Source of the DNA: an uncultured delta proteobacterium
GTDB lineage: Bacteria > Myxococcota_A > Polyangia > Fen-1088
DNA length: 64,000 bases
Assembly: GCA_963767925.1 (NCBI GenBank)
Contig: CAVYGB010000008.1
Coordinates: 1,056,001 to 1,120,000, forward strand
Reading direction: 5' to 3'
Shown: positions 36,700-47,800 of the stretch, one piece after another
Layout: every line of letters begins with the position of its first letter
Numbering within the stretch: the first letter of the stretch is position 1
Made by a program: the position numbers and the translations under genes
The notes under the pieces: generated by a model
The model's input: only the letters and a program-made list of their open reading frames with translations
Told to the model about the DNA's origin: nothing
Databases searched by the model: none

Positions 36700-36751
36700 T
36701 GTTTTTTGTGAGCGCCGGCGCCTCCTGTCCCCAGGACTGGCCCGCGCTCCG

Positions 36752-37900
36752 CTACCGCGCCCCCAGGGAACGCTTCGATCCGATGGGCGCTCCCTCGGAG
36801 GCGAAGCGGCGCAGGGAGACGTTCATGACCAGCCCCAGGGCGGTCAGGACGGTGAGCAGGCTGGAGCCCCCGTAGCTGATGAGCGGCAGCGTCACGCCGG
36901 CCACCGGCAGCAGGCCGGTGACCATCCCCACGTTGAACAGGATCTGCCAGAACAACATCGCCGCGCAGCCGACGCAGAGGAAGGCCCCGAAGCGGTCGCG
37001 CGCCTCGCGGGCGATCTTCAGGATCCAGAGGATGAGGAACCCGTAGCAGCCGAGCAGGAGGACCCCACCGAGGAAGCCCCACTCCTCGCCCCACAGGGCG
37101 AAGGGGAAGTCGGTCCACAGCGCCGGCAGCGAACCGGCCCGCACCACCGTCGCCCGGAGCAGCCCCTTGCCGGTGAGCTGCCCGGACCCGACCGCGCTCA
37201 TGGCCTGCTGGGGTTGCCAGGCGGTCGCCGGGTCGAGGGCCGGATTGACGAAGGCGATGATCCGGTTGCGCTGGTACTGGTGCAGCCCCCATTCCCACAT
37301 CGGCACCACCGCCAGCAGCGCCGCCACCAGGATGACCAGCCAGGTGCGCAGGCTGAGGCGGGCCGTGAGCAGCACCGTCAGGAACACGAGGGTCAGCACC
37401 AAGGTGGTGCTGAGGTCCGGCTGCGCCGCGACCAGCAGCACCGGGATCGCCGCCAGAACCACCGGGATCAGCAGGTGGCGCAGAGTCCGTTCCTTGACGC
37501 TGGGAGCGTTCTGGAAGTGCTTGGCGAGGGCCACCACCAGCAACACCTTCATGATCTCGGAGGGCTGGATGGTGAGTGGTCCGATGTCGATCCAGCGCTG
37601 GGCGCCCCAGCTCGAGCGTCCCCCGATGAGCACCCAGGCCAGGACGAGCACGCCGACTCCGTAGAAGACGTAGCCCAGCCGCATGAGCCGCCGGTAGTCG
37701 ACCGTGGCGGCCACCAGGAAGACGACCACCCCCAGGGCCAGCCACCAGAGCTGTCGCCCGACGAGCTGGCCTTGCCGGTTCAAGGTGGCGCTGTAGAGGT
37801 TCATCAGGCCGAGCGTCAGCAAGACCAGGGTGCCGATGCTGAGCGGCCAGTCGAACCGGGCCCGCAGCGTCTCCCACCACTTCTGGGCGCCCGCCACCAT
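36752..37900 (-). CDS. rodA: Rod shape-determining protein RodA (SEDS)
   Basis: GAQRWI, IQPSE..K, QPDL, YQ.NRI, AVGSG...GKG, TDF, EEWGF, PVAGVTLPLISYGGSS. Confidence 0.95.
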   Translation of the reverse strand: MVAGAQKWWETLRARFDWPLSIGTLVLLTLGLMNLYSATLNRQGQLVGRQLWWLALGVVVFLVAATVDYRRLMRLGYVFYGVGVLVLAWVLIGGRSSWGAQRWIDIGPLTIQPSEIMKVLLVVALAKHFQNAPSVKERTLRHLLIPVVLAAIPVLLVAAQPDLSTTLVLTLVFLTVLLTARLSLRTWLVILVAALLAVVPMWEWGLHQYQRNRIIAFVNPALDPATAWQPQQAMSAVGSGQLTGKGLLRATVVRAGSLPALWTDFPFALWGEEWGFLGGVLLLGCYGFLILWILKIAREARDRFGAFLCVGCAAMLFWQILFNVGMVTGLLPVAGVTLPLISYGGSSLLTVLTALGLVMNVSLRRFASEGAPIGSKRSLGAR

Positions 37901-39756
37901 CAGGGATCCTCGGGCAGGGGGGCCAGCACGCTCTCGGCCACCTTCACCGCCACCGGCGCGGCCACGAAGCCGCCGAAGCCTCCGTGCTCGATGACCACCG
38001 CGAAGGCGATCTGGGGGTCGCTGGCCGGGGCGTAGCCGGCGAACCAGGCGTGGTCGGCCTTTTGCCTGCGGGCGGGGGTCCCGTCGCCCGGCCGGGCAAT
38101 CACCATCTCGGTCTGGGCGGTCCCGGTCTTGCCAGCCACCCGGATCCGGGTCGAGCGGGCGGCCCAGGCGGTCCCTCGGGGATCGTTCACCACGCCATCG
38201 AGGGCGGCGCGGAGGGTTGTCAGCGTGGCGGGGCTCAGACCCACTTGCCGGCGCACCCGGGGAGGGAACTGCTCCACCACCTTGCCCTGGGCGCTCTCGA
38301 TCCGCTCCACGATGCGGGGCTGCAAGAGCTGCCCGCCGTTGGCGATGGCCGCGTAGGCCAGGGCCATCTGCATGACGGTCACGCGGGTGTCGCCCTCGCC
38401 GATCACGGTGTTGAGGCTGTGGCCGACCGAGACGTTGCTCCGCCCCTCCAGGCGCTGGAACATCTCCTCGCTGGGGACGACGCCGGGTGAGTCGATGTTG
38501 AGGGCGAGGCCCGTCGCCGCGCCCAGCCCGAAGTCGGTGGCGGAGCGGGTCAGCCGGTTCAGCATGTCGGGGCGCAGCCCGAGCTCGTAGAAGAAGACGT
38601 TACAGCTTGCCACCAGGGCGGCGTGCAGGTCGACCACGCCGTGGGTGTGGGTGCAGCGAAACCGGCGCCGGCCGAGCGCGATCGACCCCAGGCAGCGGGT
38701 CCGGTGGTTGGGCGGCAGGAGGTTCTCCTCGAGGGCGGCGGCCGCCGAGATCACCTTGAAGGTGGACCCCGGGTTGTAGGTGTCGGCCAGGGTCTTGTCC
38801 CGGAAGGGCCGGTAAGGATCGGCCAGCAGGCGGGCCTGCTCGTTGGCGCTGAGGCGTCCCGACATCCGGTTGGGGTCGTAGCTGGGGAGGGAGACGAGGG
38901 CCAGGATGGCACCCGTGTGGACGTCGAGGATGACCACCCCACCCACCCGCTTTCCCTCGAGGGCGCGCTCGACCGCCTGCTGGACGTCGAGGTCGAGGGT
39001 CAAGACGAGGTTGTGGCCGGGGACCGGATCCTCCCGGGCGGGACCCTCGATGAGATCGGAGACGTGGATGCCCGGCAGGGGGCGGTTGCGTCGATCCACA
39101 ACCGTCTTCTCGAAGCCTCGCCGCCCGCGCAGGTACCCTTCGAAGCGGCGTTCCAGCCCGGTCCGGCCGACAAGATCAGCCGGGCGGTAGCCCTCGGACC
39201 GGCGCTTGCGCAGCTCGTCCGCGGTGATCTCGTTGAGGTAACCGATCACGTGGGCGAGGAGCGGCCCGTGGGGATAGCGCCGGCGGGCCTCCGCCCGGAT
39301 GCCGACCCCCGGCAGGTCCATCGCGGTGGCGAGCAGCGCCATCTGTTCGGGCGAGACGTCCTCGGCCAGCGTGATGGTCTCCCTGGGATCGCGGCGGGCC
39401 CGGCTGCGCAGGCGATCCCAGTCGGGCAGGGTGTCGAAGGAGGTGCCCAGCACCCGCCGGGCGGCGGCATAACTCTCCGGCGTCAGCTCGCCGGGGTTGA
39501 CCATGACATCGAAGGAGGGGCGGGTGGTGGCCAGCAGACGGCCCCGGCGGTCCCGGATCTCGCCGCGGAAGGCGGGCAGCCCGATGGTCCGGACCACGCT
39601 CTCCGAGGTGATGCGGTGGAAGGTCTCGCCGAGGACGACCTGCAGGTAAAAGACCCGGCCCACCAGCCCGAACAGGCCGATCGTGACGATGGCGGCGAAC
39701 ACCCGCGTGCGCAGTCGAATCTCGGGCAGCTCCGCGTCCTGACCGGCGATCTCCAT
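37900..39756 (-). CDS. mrdA: Penicillin-binding protein 2
   Basis: RGEIRDR, GRTGLE, PGSTFK (SxxK), SCN, KTGTAQ, HAWF. Confidence 0.95.
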   Translation of the reverse strand: MEIAGQDAELPEIRLRTRVFAAIVTIGLFGLVGRVFYLQVVLGETFHRITSESVVRTIGLPAFRGEIRDRRGRLLATTRPSFDVMVNPGELTPESYAAARRVLGTSFDTLPDWDRLRSRARRDPRETITLAEDVSPEQMALLATAMDLPGVGIRAEARRRYPHGPLLAHVIGYLNEITADELRKRRSEGYRPADLVGRTGLERRFEGYLRGRRGFEKTVVDRRNRPLPGIHVSDLIEGPAREDPVPGHNLVLTLDLDVQQAVERALEGKRVGGVVILDVHTGAILALVSLPSYDPNRMSGRLSANEQARLLADPYRPFRDKTLADTYNPGSTFKVISAAAALEENLLPPNHRTRCLGSIALGRRRFRCTHTHGVVDLHAALVASCNVFFYELGLRPDMLNRLTRSATDFGLGAATGLALNIDSPGVVPSEEMFQRLEGRSNVSVGHSLNTVIGEGDTRVTVMQMALAYAAIANGGQLLQPRIVERIESAQGKVVEQFPPRVRRQVGLSPATLTTLRAALDGVVNDPRGTAWAARSTRIRVAGKTGTAQTEMVIARPGDGTPARRQKADHAWFAGYAPASDPQIAFAVVIEHGGFGGFVAAPVAVKVAESVLAPLPEDP

Positions 39757-39774
39757 GGGCTCAGCGTTCTCCGG

Positions 39775-40326
39775 TCACGGCAGCTCGAGGCCCCCGCTGG
39801 GCTTGCTCCCCCGGGCCACCAGGCCGGCCTCGCCCCGGGCCGCGTCCAGGCGTCCGTCCAGCCGGTCGAGGAGAGCGAGGACCAGCGGCGCCAGCGCGGC
39901 GGTCAGGGCCGCGTCGAGGAGGACGATGCGGAAGCCCCCCGCCGGCGATCCGCTTCCGGCGAGCAGGCGCACGGCCGCAACCAGCAGCCCGCCGGCCAGC
40001 GTGACGATCAGGCCGGTGGCCGTCCGCAGGAAGAACCCCCGCACCGTCAAGCGGGGCCCCAGCAGCGCCGTCGTCAAGGCGAGCACCGAATAGACCAGGG
40101 CGTGGGTCCCCCGGGGCGTCCCCGAGACGAGATCGAACAGATACCCGAGGCAGAAGCCCACCACGACCGAGGAGGAGACCGTCCAGCGGGAGGACAGGCC
40201 GACGTGCATCGCCACCAGCACCCCGAAGGCCGGGGTGGGCAAGCTGACCGGCAGGAGCTGCAGCAGCACGGACTGCACGAGGAGGAGCGCCAGCGCGAAC
40301 GAGAGCGTCAGGAGCGCGCGCATCAC
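39775..40326 (-). CDS. mreD: Rod shape-determining protein MreD
   Basis: Hydrophobic; GYLFDL.SG...G motif; sits between mreC and mrdA. Confidence 0.85.
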   Translation of the reverse strand: MMRALLTLSFALALLLVQSVLLQLLPVSLPTPAFGVLVAMHVGLSSRWTVSSSVVVGFCLGYLFDLVSGTPRGTHALVYSVLALTTALLGPRLTVRGFFLRTATGLIVTLAGGLLVAAVRLLAGSGSPAGGFRIVLLDAALTAALAPLVLALLDRLDGRLDAARGEAGLVARGSKPSGGLELP

Positions 40327-41204
40327 CGGTACAGCGAGAGGCCCCGCCCGGGGGGCGCGGGGGACGGGCGGCGCGGGCTCCCTTCCGGGTCGGGCGTCTG
40401 GCCCGGAGCCACAACCACCAGCACCTCCGACAGCCGGGTGAAATCGACGTGGGGCGTGACGTGCACCTCCTGGAACAGCCCGGCCTTGCCCTCGACCACG
40501 TGGCTCACGGTCCCGACCGGGTAGTCGCGGGGGAACTCCCCGACGCCGCTCGTGACGACCGGATCGCCCACCCGGGTTGCCTCACCCCGGGCGACGTATT
40601 GCAGGTCGCAGCGGTAGCCGTTGCTCCCGGCCTTGCCGACGAGGATGCCCCGGGAGCCGGTGCGCGGGAGCAGGACGTGGATGGCCGACGCCGGGTCGAC
40701 CGCGAGCTGCACGTCCGCGACCGAGCCGACGACCCGCTCGAGGCGGCCGACGACACCTTCGTGGGCGATGACCGGCATGCCCCGCTGGACCGCGACGTCG
40801 CCCAGCTCGATCCGGACCCGGGCCACCCGGAAGAAGGGGGAGGCGTCCAGGGCGATGATCCGGGCGGCCACCGTGGCCGGGCTCAACGACTCGCGCAGCG
40901 CCAGCAGGCGCCGCAGGCGCTCGGCCTCGGCGGCGACGCGCCTGGCGTCGGTGAGCTGGGTGCGGAGGCCGAGGTTCTCCTGCCGCAGGGAGCGGTTCTG
41001 CGTCTCCACGTCGACCAGCACCAGGTAACGCACGACGAGCTGGCCAGCGCCATGTGCGGCCCGGGCCAGGGTGGCCTGGGCCGGGCCGATCAGGTGAAGC
41101 AGGCCTCGATCGATGATCCCGAGGTCTCCGGGGTTGCGGGCGCTGTGGCGCACGAGCCCCAGCGCCAGCCCCAGCAGGCCCACCACCACCACCACCTCGC
41201 GCAA
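40323..41204 (-). CDS. mreC: Rod shape-determining protein MreC
   Basis: TM + coiled coil, GMPV..GVVG, GDPVVTSG...P.G.V, VDFTRLSEVLV. Start approximate. Confidence 0.92.
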   Translation of the reverse strand: MREVVVVVGLLGLALGLVRHSARNPGDLGIIDRGLLHLIGPAQATLARAAHGAGQLVVRYLVLVDVETQNRSLRQENLGLRTQLTDARRVAAEAERLRRLLALRESLSPATVAARIIALDASPFFRVARVRIELGDVAVQRGMPVIAHEGVVGRLERVVGSVADVQLAVDPASAIHVLLPRTGSRGILVGKAGSNGYRCDLQYVARGEATRVGDPVVTSGVGEFPRDYPVGTVSHVVEGKAGLFQEVHVTPHVDFTRLSEVLVVVAPGQTPDPEGSPRRPSPAPPGRGLSLYR

Positions 41205-41244
41205 CCTGTTTCGGGTCCCGGTCAGAGTCCGCCTCCCGCCCCAG

Positions 41245-42312
<1,068 letters not shown>

Positions 42313-42542
42313 TTAGCGAGGAGCGGAATGCGGTCCGGTGCCAGATTTTCGCCTACATGATCCGGGTCGACGCACAGGCGCGCAGGCCGCTGCACAAGGT
42401 AGGAACCTACCTCCCTGCCGCCGGTGCGGTACTCTCCGGCGCCCGCTGGGGCCCTCCGGACGACTTCTCTCGTCGCCCGGTGACCCTGTGCTAGATTCGC
42501 CAGCCCGTCGGGTAACCACTCAGAAACATTTGGAGGCTGCTC

Positions 42543-44189
42543 ATGTTGGAGCAGTTACGTCGCTCCTCTCGCTCGCTCATCATCTACGTCCTGTTCGGCA
42601 TCGTGATTGCCGTCTTCATCGTCAACTTCGGCCCGCAGTCGCAGGGCGGATGCGAGTCATCCGCCGTCACCCAGGCGACCTACGCGGCCAAGGTGAACGG
42701 CGCCACGGTCTCGACCCGCGACTTCCGCTATGCCTTCATCCTGGCCGGAGGGCCCCAGTACCAGCCGGATCGGGCCCGTGAGCTCCGCCTGCGGGAGCGG
42801 GTCCTCGACGAGCTGCTCGAGCGCGAGCTCCTCGTGGCGGAGGCCCAACGCCTGGGCTTCGCCGTGAGCAACGAGGAGGTCGAGGACCTCATCGCCCAGT
42901 CCAAGCTGGTCGGCCTCGGCGGCTTCGAGCAGACGGCGACAGCCATGCAGAAGGATGGGCACTTCGACTACGAGAGCTTCGTCCGCTTCGTGCAGTTCCA
43001 GCTCGGCATGTCGCCGAAGGCGTTCATCGACGAGCAGAAGCGGGAGCTGCTGGCGGCCCGGGTCCGCCACCTGCTGCGCAACGGCGTCAACGTCTCGGAG
43101 CACGAGGTGCAGGGGGAGTTCGATCGGCAGTCCAACCAGGTCAACCTGGAGTACGTGCGCTTCTCCTGGCGGCGCCACGAGGAGTCCATCGAGCTGACGC
43201 AGGCCGAGATCCAGGCCTACGCCAAGGACAACGAGAAGAAGCTCAAGGACCTCTACGACCAGCGCAAGTTCCTCTACGAGAACGCCCCCAAGGAGCGCCG
43301 CCTGCGTCAACTCTTCGTCAAGCTGGACAGCGGCGCGTCCCCCGAGGCCACCACCGCGGCCGAGAAGAAGGCTCAGGCGCTGCTCGAGCGGGTCAAGAAG
43401 GGCGAGGCCTTCGCCGCCGTGGCCCGGGCCGCCTCCGAGGACACCCGCAGCCGGCTGCGCGGCGGGGACGTCGGCTGGCGCCGCCAGGGCGCCACCCCCT
43501 ACGGCGCCGCCCTCGAGGAGAAGGTGTGGGCCGCCAAGGACGGGGAGGTCGTCGGACCCATGAAGGGCAACGACGGCTTCTACGTCCTCCTGGCCGAGGC
43601 GACCCGGGAGGGCAACATCGGCTTCGATCAGGTCCGGCTGGATCTGGCGGAGAACGAGCTGCGGCAGGAGCGGGCCAAGGTGAAGGCCCGGGTCGACGCC
43701 GAAGCCGGGCTTGCCAAGGCCCGGGCGGCCAAGGACAAGACCCTCAAGGACCTCTATCCGTCCCCTGAGGGCGCCGGCGCCCACGGGTCGGACGCCACTC
43801 CCCGGGCCGAGGAGACGGGGCTGTTCGCCCGCCGGGGCACGGTGGTCGAGGGGATCGGGATGGCTCCCGAGCTGGCCAAGGCCGCCTTCGATCTCAAGCC
43901 GGCGGATCCGCTCGCCGGACCCTACGAGGTGACGGGCAGCTACGTGATCGTCCGCCTCAAGGAGAAGAAGGAGCCGGACGCGGCCGAATACGACAAGAAG
44001 AAGGCGGAGCTGCTCTTCCAGGCCTCGATGGTCCGGGGTGAGGAGATCCTGGGCGAGTGGACCCAGCGCCGCTGCGTGGAGGCCAAGGAGGCCAAGCGGA
44101 TCCGCGTCAACACCGACATCCTCCGCTACGACAACACACCGAACGAGCGCATCGCCTACGAACCCTGCTCGCCCCCGTTCCGCTTCTGA
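42543..44189 (+). CDS. PpiD/SurA-like periplasmic chaperone (SurA N-terminal + parvulin domains)
   Basis: GGAGG RBS; N-terminal TM, AKVNG, AQRLG..VS, FAAVARAASED...GGDVGW. Confidence 0.85.
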   Translation: MLEQLRRSSRSLIIYVLFGIVIAVFIVNFGPQSQGGCESSAVTQATYAAKVNGATVSTRDFRYAFILAGGPQYQPDRARELRLRERVLDELLERELLVAEAQRLGFAVSNEEVEDLIAQSKLVGLGGFEQTATAMQKDGHFDYESFVRFVQFQLGMSPKAFIDEQKRELLAARVRHLLRNGVNVSEHEVQGEFDRQSNQVNLEYVRFSWRRHEESIELTQAEIQAYAKDNEKKLKDLYDQRKFLYENAPKERRLRQLFVKLDSGASPEATTAAEKKAQALLERVKKGEAFAAVARAASEDTRSRLRGGDVGWRRQGATPYGAALEEKVWAAKDGEVVGPMKGNDGFYVLLAEATREGNIGFDQVRLDLAENELRQERAKVKARVDAEAGLAKARAAKDKTLKDLYPSPEGAGAHGSDATPRAEETGLFARRGTVVEGIGMAPELAKAAFDLKPADPLAGPYEVTGSYVIVRLKEKKEPDAAEYDKKKAELLFQASMVRGEEILGEWTQRRCVEAKEAKRIRVNTDILRYDNTPNERIAYEPCSPPFRF

Positions 44190-44192
44190 CCC

Positions 44193-44885
44193 ATGGACGG
44201 CGCCGGGCAGAGCGGCCAGCAAGGGGCCTCCACTCCGGGAGGCCAGCCGCCTCTGCCCTCGCCCCGTCCGGGCTGGGTGGTGGTCCTGGGAGGACTGATG
44301 ATGCTGTTCGCCTTTCACCTCTTCCTGGGGGGGCTGTCCGCCTTCTCGGGAACCGAGGGCGGACCGGTGGACGGCTCGGCCACGGCACCCGGGGCCGAGG
44401 CGGCCCAGGTCGCGCTCCGGCGGGCGCTCATGCAGGCCTTCGCCCAGGTGGACGCGACGATGATGCGGTCCCATGCGGTGGCCCAGATCGTCCTCGCCAT
44501 CGTCATGTTGTTCGCGGTGTCGGCCATCGCCACCAACGATCGCCGCGGCCGGCCGGCGGCCCTGGCCGCAGCCTGGGTGGGCATCGTCTACCACCTGGGC
44601 AGCGCCCTCTTCTTCGTCTTCGTCGTGCGGGCGGGGCTCCTCGCCAGCGCCCCGACCTGGATCGATCAGGTCGTCGCCCTCACCGGTGGGGCTGACGCCG
44701 GCCGATCGCGCCAGGAGCTGCTAAGCTCGACGAGCACCTTGCTGTTGCTCGTACCCTTGACCGTGTCCGCTCTGGGAGTCGGCTTCAGCCTGATCGTCAT
44801 GCGCTTCTTCGGCGGTCCCCGGGGGCGGGCCTTTTATGGGGTGGTGGCGCTGGACGGACCGAGCCAGCCGCAGCCGAGGGGCTGA
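44193..44885 (+). CDS. Hypothetical membrane protein (about 4 TM)
   Basis: Codon-biased ORF packed 3 nt from both neighbours; four hydrophobic segments. Confidence 0.7.
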   Translation: MDGAGQSGQQGASTPGGQPPLPSPRPGWVVVLGGLMMLFAFHLFLGGLSAFSGTEGGPVDGSATAPGAEAAQVALRRALMQAFAQVDATMMRSHAVAQIVLAIVMLFAVSAIATNDRRGRPAALAAAWVGIVYHLGSALFFVFVVRAGLLASAPTWIDQVVALTGGADAGRSRQELLSSTSTLLLLVPLTVSALGVGFSLIVMRFFGGPRGRAFYGVVALDGPSQPQPRG

Positions 44886-44888
44886 GGC

Positions 44889-47800
44889 GTGCCCCAGCCC
44901 TCGCTGCGCTTCACGCTCAGCTTCGTCGAAGGCAACGGAGTCCTGCAGCTCGAGGACCGCCCGCTGGCGGTGGGTGGCCTGGCCGAGCGCCTGGCCCTCG
45001 ACATCCCCGGTCTGAAGTTCCCCTTCGACCTCTCGGGGGGCCTGGCCCGCTTCCAGAACCGCCACAGCCGCCTGCGCGAGCTGGTTCTCTCCTTCACCGG
45101 CGCCGAGATCGCCCGCATCGTCGCCGGGGCGCCCCTGGCCGACTTCGGCATCCACGATCCGATCCTCGAGCTGTCGGCGGGCGGTGTGCGGCTGGGCGGG
45201 CAGGCCCGGGTGGGCGGGTGCGCGGCCGACTTCACCGCCCGGGCGACCTTGCGCCCGCTGCCCCTGGCCCGCCTGGCGGTCTGCTTCGACGACCTCCGGC
45301 TGTATGGCTTCTTGCCCGTCCCGGCCCCCCTGCTCGCCCGGGCGGTGTTCTCTGCGCTGGTAGCGCGAGGGACGGCGAGCTGGGCGACGGGGGCCTTCCA
45401 GGCGGCGAGCGCGACCCGCCTCGAGCTGGCGGCCCTCGAGCTGTCGCTGTTCCCGCTGCTGCCGGCCAACGGCTGGCGCCTGCCCGAACAGCGCCAGGTG
45501 CGGCTGCAGTCGGTCGAGGTCGGACCCGGCGGGGTGCACCTCCACTTCCTGCGCACGCCAGCCGGGGCGCCGGTCGAGCCGGAGAGCCCGGGCGTCGTGT
45601 CCGACTTCGCCGAGGCCGAGGCGGCGATCCTGAGCGGGGATCTCTCGTTCGCCCGGGCCGCCTATCAGCAGGCGCACGCCCGGGCGCCCGCAGACGAGCT
45701 GCCCCGTCAGCGGCTGCTGCAGCTCCTGGCCGCGTCGGCCGACCTGTCGCCCGAGCTCGAGCGAGCCGCGGAGGAGATGGCCGCGACGACGCCGGATCAT
45801 CCGGCTGTCCTGCTAGCCCAGGCGCAGGTCGCCAGCCAGCGGGGCCAGCCGGCCCAGGCCGCCCGGGTCTACCTGCGCGCCGCCGAGCTGGCCGAGGCGG
45901 CGGGCGAGACCCTCGACGCCGCCTGTGCCCGGGGTGCCGCTGCCGAGCAGCAGCAGCGGGCCGGACAGGGCCCGGCCTCCACCTCGGAGCTCGAACGGGC
46001 CCACGCGCTCCGCCCGGACCATCGCGGGATCCTGGGGGCCTTGCGGCGGCGGTTCCAGGTCGAGGCGCGCTGGGACGACCTGCTACGGATCCTCTGGCAG
46101 CAGGCGGCAGCCGCGACAGATCCGATCGAGCGGGCCGCCCTGCTCTCGGCCAGCGGGCTGGTCCTGCTCGACCCGCTGGGGAAGGCCGACCTGGCGCGGG
46201 AGCGGTTCGACCAGGCCAGGCACCTCCACGGCGAGGACGCCGGAGCCTGGGAGGGGGTCGGCCGGCTCGAGGCGGGGCAGGGGAATCGACAGGCTGCCCT
46301 GGCCTCTCTGGACCAGGCCGCGCGGCGGTACGCCCGCGCGGAGGACCGGGCCGGGCAGGCCCGGGTGGAGGTGGCGCTCGGTCGCTTGCAGGAAGCGGCC
46401 GGGGCCCGGGACGAGGCGCTGGTCCGTTTCCGGCGGGCGGCCGAGATCGACGGGGGGGCGCCCGAGGCGATCCTGGCGGGGGCCGCCCTGCTGGACCAGC
46501 AGGGGCGTTTGCCCGAGGCCGTCGACCTGATTCGCGAGGCGCTCGCGCGTGCGACCGAGCCGCCGGACCGGGTGCGCCTGTATCGGCGGCTGGCTACTCT
46601 GGAGCAGGGGGGGCGCCGGGACCCGTTGGCGGCCGTGCGCTGGCTCGAGGAGGCCCTGCGCGAAGCGCCGGCCGACGTGGGGGCGCTGGAAGATCTGGCC
46701 CGTATCCTCGACCGCGAGGGGGAGCCCGGGCGGCTGGAGCCCTTCTTGCGACGGGCGGCGGCCGCCGCCAGACCCGGCCCCCAGCGGCAGCAGGTCGGTC
46801 GCCTGTGCGAGGAGCGCGGCCGGGCGAGCGGATCGAGCAGCCTTCGGACGGAGGGCCTGGCGCTCCTGGCCGCCGAAGGGGGGCGGGCGGGGGCCGAGCA
46901 GGCGCTGGCGCTGGCCGACCTCGGCGACAGCCTCGAGAGCGGGACGGTGCTCCGGCGGGCCGCCGACGCCATCGAGACGCTGCTGGCGGCGGAGGGGACG
47001 ACGGGGGCGGATCCTTTGCCACTGGCCCGGCTGGCGAACCGGCTGGCCAGCCTGCGCCTCCGGGAAGGCGACCGGACGGCCTCGGAGAAGCTGTCGCACC
47101 GGGCGCTCGACAGCTATCCCGACCCGGACGCCGCCGGGCAGGCCTGGCAGACCATCGTCCGCTGCGCGCTCGAGCGCGGGGACGTAACCGCCACCCGGGC
47201 TGGGCTGGCGGGATGGGCCGAGGACGGCCGGGTGGCCGATGCGCCCACCGCCCGGGCCGGCCGGCTGGCCGAGGCGGGCGCCCTCGAACGCGAGCGCCTG
47301 GGCTCGGCTGCCCTGGCCGCCTCCCTGTTCGAACGCGCGCTGGCCCTCGATCCCGAGAACCGGGCCGCCCTGCAGGGCCTGGCCGCCGCCCTCGAGGAGC
47401 GGCAGCAGTGGCCCCGCCTCGAGGAGCTGCTGCAGCAGATCCTGGCCCACGAGACCGATCCGGAGGTGGTGCGCGACCTGCGGCATCGCCTGGCCGAGAC
47501 GCTGGTGCGGCAAAGCGGGCGGGGCCAGGAGGCCACCCGCATCTACGAGTCGCTGCAGGCGCAAGACGCCGACGACCTGCGGGCTAGCCTGGGGCTGGGC
47601 CGGGCCCTCTGGCAGAGCGGGCGCCTCGAGCAGAGTGTCAAGCAGTTCGGCAAGGTGCTGGTAGCCGAAGACCGCAGTGCGTGGGCCGCCGAGGCGCACC
47701 TGCGGCTGGCCCAGGCCGCCCGGCTGTTCGGGGAGGTCGAGAAGGCCGAGCGCCACCTGCAGCAGGCCACCCGAGCCGAGCCCGAGCAGGGCGCCCCCGC

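Noticed and set aside
36418..36711. 97-aa ORF in the nuoI-rodA gap
   Set aside because: It overlaps nuoI, has atypical composition, and the region is better explained by the structured 6S-like RNA.
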